25,125 nucleotides of DNA from Chiloscyllium plagiosum (taxonomy: Eukaryota), in assembly GCF_004010195.1 (NCBI RefSeq), contig NC_057752.1, positions 10,200,247-10,225,371 on the forward strand. The letters run 5' to 3'. Shown here piece after piece: positions 21,230-25,125 of this stretch. Each line of letters opens with the position of its first letter. Positions within the stretch are counted from its first letter, which is position 1. The notes beneath the pieces are model-generated. The model searched no databases and had not been told where the DNA came from. It saw nothing but the letters and a program-made list of their open reading frames with translations. A program made the position numbers and the translations under genes.

Positions 21230-21950
21230 GCAATTCTTTCCTCGTTGGGTGATGGTCTACCTTTTGTTTGAAAGATACAATTGAATCTGGCTACCTCACA
21301 CTCTGAGGCACTGCATTCCAGATCCTAACCACTCACTGTGTAAAATATTCCTTCCTGGTGTCTTCATTGCATCTTTTGCCAAGCAGAGCGCTTCGGTTAT
21401 TGACTCTTCCACCATCTCCCTATCCATTGTGTGCATAGCCATCATGATTTCCTCAATCAAGTCTCGTCTCATCCTTCTTGGAGGAGAACGACCCCAGCTT
21501 CTCCAACTTATCTAATCCCTGAAACTATTTGTGTGAGATCTTTTCAGCAGTCTCTCAAATGCCTTCACATCCTTCTGTGTTACCCAGAGCTGGACCCAAT
21601 AGTTGATTAAGGCTGAGCTAGTTCTTTTCTTAAATGTGTTTAACACGACCTCCTCGCTATTGTACTCTCTCCCCTGATTTGGTTTATTACTACACAACCT
21701 GTCTTGTCACCTTCAGTGATTTGAGCACGTGTATTCCACAATCACTCTACTGCTGCAACCCCTTTAGAATTGTAGCCATTATTCGATTTTGCCTCTCCCT
21801 GCTATTCTGATTTGAACAAATCACTTCACAATTCTATGCATTAAGTTTCATCTGCCACTTCTCTGCACATTCCACGAGCTATCTTCTTCATGGATCAAAA
21901 TACTTCCAACGTTCAAGTCATCCGCAAACTGAGCCCCTTACATCAAAGTC
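21230..21950 (-). mobile_element. Old CR1-type LINE fragment
   Basis: GCATTCCAGATCCTAACCACTCACTGTGTAAAA, GGAGAACGACCCCAGCTTCTCCAA and GTCATCCGCAAAC (FADD on the minus strand) are colinear with the copy at 800-1340. Confidence 0.7.
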
Positions 21951-22541
21951 AAGGGCTGAATTTAATGGGGTACCACTCTCCCACCTCCCCCAACTTTATG
22001 TAATTTGGGAAAACTGCTGCCACATTACTTCACATTTGCCGGGATGTTCATTGACTCAGGGCAAGACTCCCACCCCCAGCTGGGGAGGAAATCCCACCTT
22101 AATCAGCTGGCAACTCTTCAGTTGCAGCAGTGCAGTTCCAAGCGGGTTGCCGCTTCTGGGACTCCAAGCAGAACCTGAAGAAGACGAGGTTATGGAATCG
22201 GGACTGAAGGTAGGTCCAGGATTTCAGCAGGCCCAGCCCGGTGGGCCCCAGCAATTTGACAGGCAATACGGGACCCGGGTTTGAGAAACCAGTGAGGGAG
22301 GATGAAAAGGGACATGATCTTGGGAGGGAGATACCTCCATTTTGCACAGAATCCATCAAAGACAAAAGATGTCTTCCCACTCTCCCTGCCCAACGACAGT
22401 GTAGCCAGTGAAAGCTGCCAAGCTAATCACTTTGCCTAGGCCTCCCCACTACTGCAGGGAAAATAGTGGCTAGGCCTGGACTGGCTGGAATGAAGCTGTT
22501 CAGTATTCAGTAATTAGCCACAAGGGTCTTATGAGGTGCAA

Positions 22542-22630
22542 GGGATTGTTTAGCTCGGTTGGTTGGCTGGTTCACAATTCAGAGTGATGCCACTAGCATA
22601 GGTTCAATTCCTAAACTGGCTGAGGTTAAA
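22542..22630 (+). mobile_element. tRNA-derived SINE head
   Basis: A box TAGCTCGGTTGG (22551-62) and B box GGTTCAATTCC (22601-11); no convincing cloverleaf. Confidence 0.6.
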
Positions 22631-23195
22631 GGTGTTCTCTCTCCTCTCTCCCCCCCCCCCCATGTCCCTTGTAGTCTCTCTCCTGCAACCTCCTGTTTCT
22701 CCCCACCTCACTCTAGCAGCCTTCATCTTCCATGCCATTCCCTTTTGTGGCTGTGACCCCACCTCCCCCAGCCCCTCTTCCAACCCCCTCCCCACCCTTC
22801 AGATAAAAGGCACAGTTCCCAAAAACGGGCAGAGCTCCAGCCACCACTTATTTTGCCAACTGTTCATTGCTCCTCCAATCGTAATTTGTTTTTTATGCTG
22901 CATTTGCTGATGGTAGGCCCAGTTGTGAGCCTATCAGCAACAAGACCTTTAGATGACCAACCTCTGATTGGAACAGCCACACCAGAGAGATTCTATCTAT
23001 TCGAAGTAGGGGGGGGGGGGATCTTGTCACCCACATGATTATGTCTTCCTGCATATTTTGGTGGTGAATTCACCAGCCTCTCTGGTATATTTTGAGCTTG
23101 ACTGAGCTTATCGTTGTATGCTTTTGTTGAACAAGCTTCTAACATTGATCTCCAGTGATTCCGCACCAGCTCTGTATCTCAGGATGATTGGAAAA

Positions 23196-23380
23196 TTACA
23201 GTCTCTTCCTGCACAATTTCCACGAGTACATCAATGTCTTTCGATACATTGTATCTCGTTCTAGTAAATGATCAGTTGCATGCACCGCCAACCTGTGTAG
23301 TGCCTTCTCCTCATCAGTGTGAAAGTCATCAAGTGAGTAACCACGACGCTGTTTGCCCATGAACTTGGTTGGCCCTTCTC
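23196..23380 (-). CDS. Candidate terminal coding exon of an unidentified convergent gene
   Basis: Acceptor TGTCTTTCCCACAG|G (AG at 23382-23381) with branch-like CCTTAAC ~30 nt upstream. Then a 60-codon frame EGPTKFMGKQRRGYSLDDFHTDEEKALHRLAVHATDHLLERDTMYRKTLMYSWKLCRKRL*. Unique sequence between repeats. Confidence 0.45.
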
Positions 23381-23424
23381 CTGTGGGAAAGACAGATACA
23401 AGCTGTTCAGTTAAGGAGATCAGA

Positions 23425-23722
23425 GGATGTAAAATCGAAAGGAGACCATTCAGCCTGAATCTGCTCTGCCATTCAATGAGAGCATCCTCCGCTCCACTGT
23501 CTTCTCTTTTCCCCATAACCCTGATCCCCTGACTGGTTAAAAAATGTATCTCAGCCTTGTATATACATTACTGACCCAGTCTTTACAACCCTCTGCGATA
23601 AATAATTTCATAAGTTCATTACTCCCTGAGAGAAGAAATTCTTCCTCATCTCTGTCTTAAGTGAATGATCCCTTACTCTGAGATTACGCCCCCTGGTCAA
23701 AGACTCTCTTAAATGGGGAAAG
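23425..23722 (-). mobile_element. CR1 LINE 3' fragment
   Basis: GGAGACCATTCAGCCTGAATCTGCTCTGCCATTCAATGAG..TTCCCCATAACCC..GAGAGAAGAAATTCTTCCTCATCTCTGTC, homologous to 20411-20766. Confidence 0.85.
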
Positions 23723-23734
23723 ACTGCAAAAATC

Positions 23735-24350
23735 TACAGACCAGTAGGATTTGGGGTCCTTACAATCACAAAAAGCTAGCATCCACATGGGAATTAGGGA
23801 ACTCAAATGGAATGTTTGGCCTTTACATCAAAGGGAATGGAGTGTAAAAGTAGGGAAGTTTTGCTAAAACTATATAAGGCACTGGTCAGAGCACAGCTGG
23901 AATACTGTGAAGTTTTGGGCCCCTTATCTAAGGAAAGACAGACTGGCATTGGAGGCAGCACGGAGAAGGTTCACTCGACTGATCCCGGGTATGGAGAGAC
24001 TGTCCCATGAGGAGAGGTTGAGGAGGTTGGGTCTATACTTGCTGGGGTTTAAAAGAATGGGAGATGACCTCATTGAAATGCACAAGATTCTTCGGGGACT
24101 TGACAGGGGAGATGTGGAGAGATTGTTTCCCCTTGTGGGAGAGAGTCTAGGACCAGAGGGTACAGTCTCAGAGTAAGGAGTTACCCAATTATATCAGAGA
24201 TGAGGAGGCTTGTTTTTCTTCGAGGGGAGTGAATCTGTGGAATTCTTTACCACGGAGGGCTATCAAGGCTGGGCCATTAAGTATATCCAAGGCTGAGACA
24301 GGCAGATCTTTAATCAGGGAGAGCATCAAAGGTTATAGGGAAAAGGCAAG
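23735..24350 (+). mobile_element. CR1 LINE ORF2 C-terminal fragment
   Basis: ORFs 23807-24010 (SREVLLKLYKALVRAQLEYC) and 23907-24176 (FWAPYLRKDRLALE..RRFTRLIPGM..DLIEMHKILRGLD), frameshifted. Confidence 0.9.
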
Positions 24351-24364
24351 AACTTGGCATTAAT

Positions 24365-24988
24365 GATTTCCTTGGTCTTGTCAAAGATCTTCTGCAAATC
24401 TATATATATTACATCCATAGCTTCTTCTTTGTCTATCCTGCATGTTATCTCCACAAAGATTCCGAATAAATTTGTCAGGCATGATTTCCTCTTCAAAGAA
24501 CCATGCTGACTCTGCTTAATCACACTTATGTATTTGTAAATGCTCTGCCATTACATCCTTTATAATAGACATTAACATTTGCCCGATAACACTTGTTAAA
24601 CTAACTGGCCTATTAGCTTTTTTTGTTGTTACCCTTTTTAAATAAAAGGGTTATATTGGCAGTTCCCCAATCCGCTGGGACTTCTGCAGAATCTAAAAAT
24701 TCCTGGAAGATAACTACCTGTGCATCCACTATCACTGTAGCTACTCCCTTTAGTCTACTGGAATGCATCTGATCAGGTCAAGAGGACTATCGGTCTTTAG
24801 CCCCATTAGTTCTTGCATTTATTTCCTCTCCTCCTTTTGCTCTTGAAAATTTCATAATTTTGGAATGCAATTTCTGTTTTCTACTGAAAAGACTGATGCA
24901 AGTATTTATTCAACTGCTCTGCCATTTCCTGGTTCCCTATGATTATTTCCCTAGCCTTGTTCTCAAAGGGGCCTATGTTTACTTTGGG
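24365..24988 (-). mobile_element. CR1 LINE ORF2 internal fragment
   Basis: Minus-strand SQHGSLKRKSCLTNL..DVIYIDLQKIFDK, with KVNIGP..GNQEMAEQLNKY upstream. Confidence 0.85.
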
Positions 24989-24991
24989 TGC

Positions 24992-25125
24992 TTTAAAGAA
25001 GCTTAAGTATAACATAGCTAAGATAAGTGGGAAAACTGAGGACTGGGAAGCTTTTAAAGAGCAACAGAGGATTACTAAGAAGGAAATACGCAGAGGAAAA
25101 ATGAGGTACGAAGGTAAACTGGCCA
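24992..25125 (+). mobile_element. CR1 LINE ORF2 fragment continuing beyond the window
   Basis: Encodes KYNIAKISGKTEDWEAFKEQQRITKKEIRRGKMRYEGKLA, the EN-RT tether region typical of CR1 ORF2. Confidence 0.75.

Larger units (their letters stand above)
8780..21230. repeat. Large 35-bp satellite/minisatellite array, consensus GATATTAACCCTGATATTGACATTGATC(C/A)TCTTCT, interrupted by TEs and a gap
   Basis: Exact 35-bp period at 19326, 19361, 19396, 19431, 19466, 19501, 19536 and 19571. Satellite blocks at roughly 8780-9028, 10531-11206, 12869-14310, 14420-16753, 17314-18677, 19112-20410 and 20767-21230. Confidence 0.95.

Noticed and set aside
8780..21230. Massive GATA-factor site cluster
   Set aside because: The monomer motif is mostly TGATAT, not the canonical WGATAR.
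22542..22615. tRNA gene
   Set aside because: A and B boxes are present but there are no consistent acceptor or anticodon stems; better explained as a SINE head.
22632..22800. C-rich tract (G-quadruplex potential on the - strand) and Pro/Ser-rich ORFs
   Set aside because: Low-complexity sequence common in such genomes; no independent sign of function.
21952..23080. MITE-like element bounded by GGGCTGAATTT..GAATTCACCAGCC, and the ORFs at 22036-22393
   Set aside because: The terminal match is short and imperfect with no TSD found, and the ORFs have no recognisable domains. A similar end (ATTCAGCCC ~4390) suggests a repeat family, but I cannot delimit it.
23381..23516. N-terminal part of the 106-aa ORF 23196-23516
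   Set aside because: Derived from a CR1 3' end and intron-like sequence; only the portion after the acceptor is considered a candidate exon.

Overview
Eukaryotic (vertebrate) genomic DNA. The repeat families look cartilaginous-fish/shark-like, though that is inference. The one clearly recognisable gene piece is the large final coding exon of a ZNF148 (ZBP-89)-type zinc-finger gene on the + strand (4658-6265), preceded by a repeat-rich intron. Downstream is a ~12 kb AT-rich tandem array with a 35-bp monomer (GATATTAACCCTGATATTGACATTGATCATCTTCT). The array has internal 12+12+11 substructure, higher-order repeats, decayed edges with homogeneous cores, a small inversion, and nested insertions (CR1 LINEs, a solo LTR, short Penelope-like elements). 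It also spans a 500-N assembly gap. Other elements are Deu-domain tRNA-derived SINEs, many CR1 fragments (mostly on the - strand), and a candidate unrecognised terminal exon of a convergent gene (23380-23196). The most notable non-obvious signal is a minimal hammerhead-ribozyme fold at the 5' end of two copies of a ~140-bp dispersed element (2742-2785 on +, 14374-14415 on -). All calls were made by eye, without database searches.
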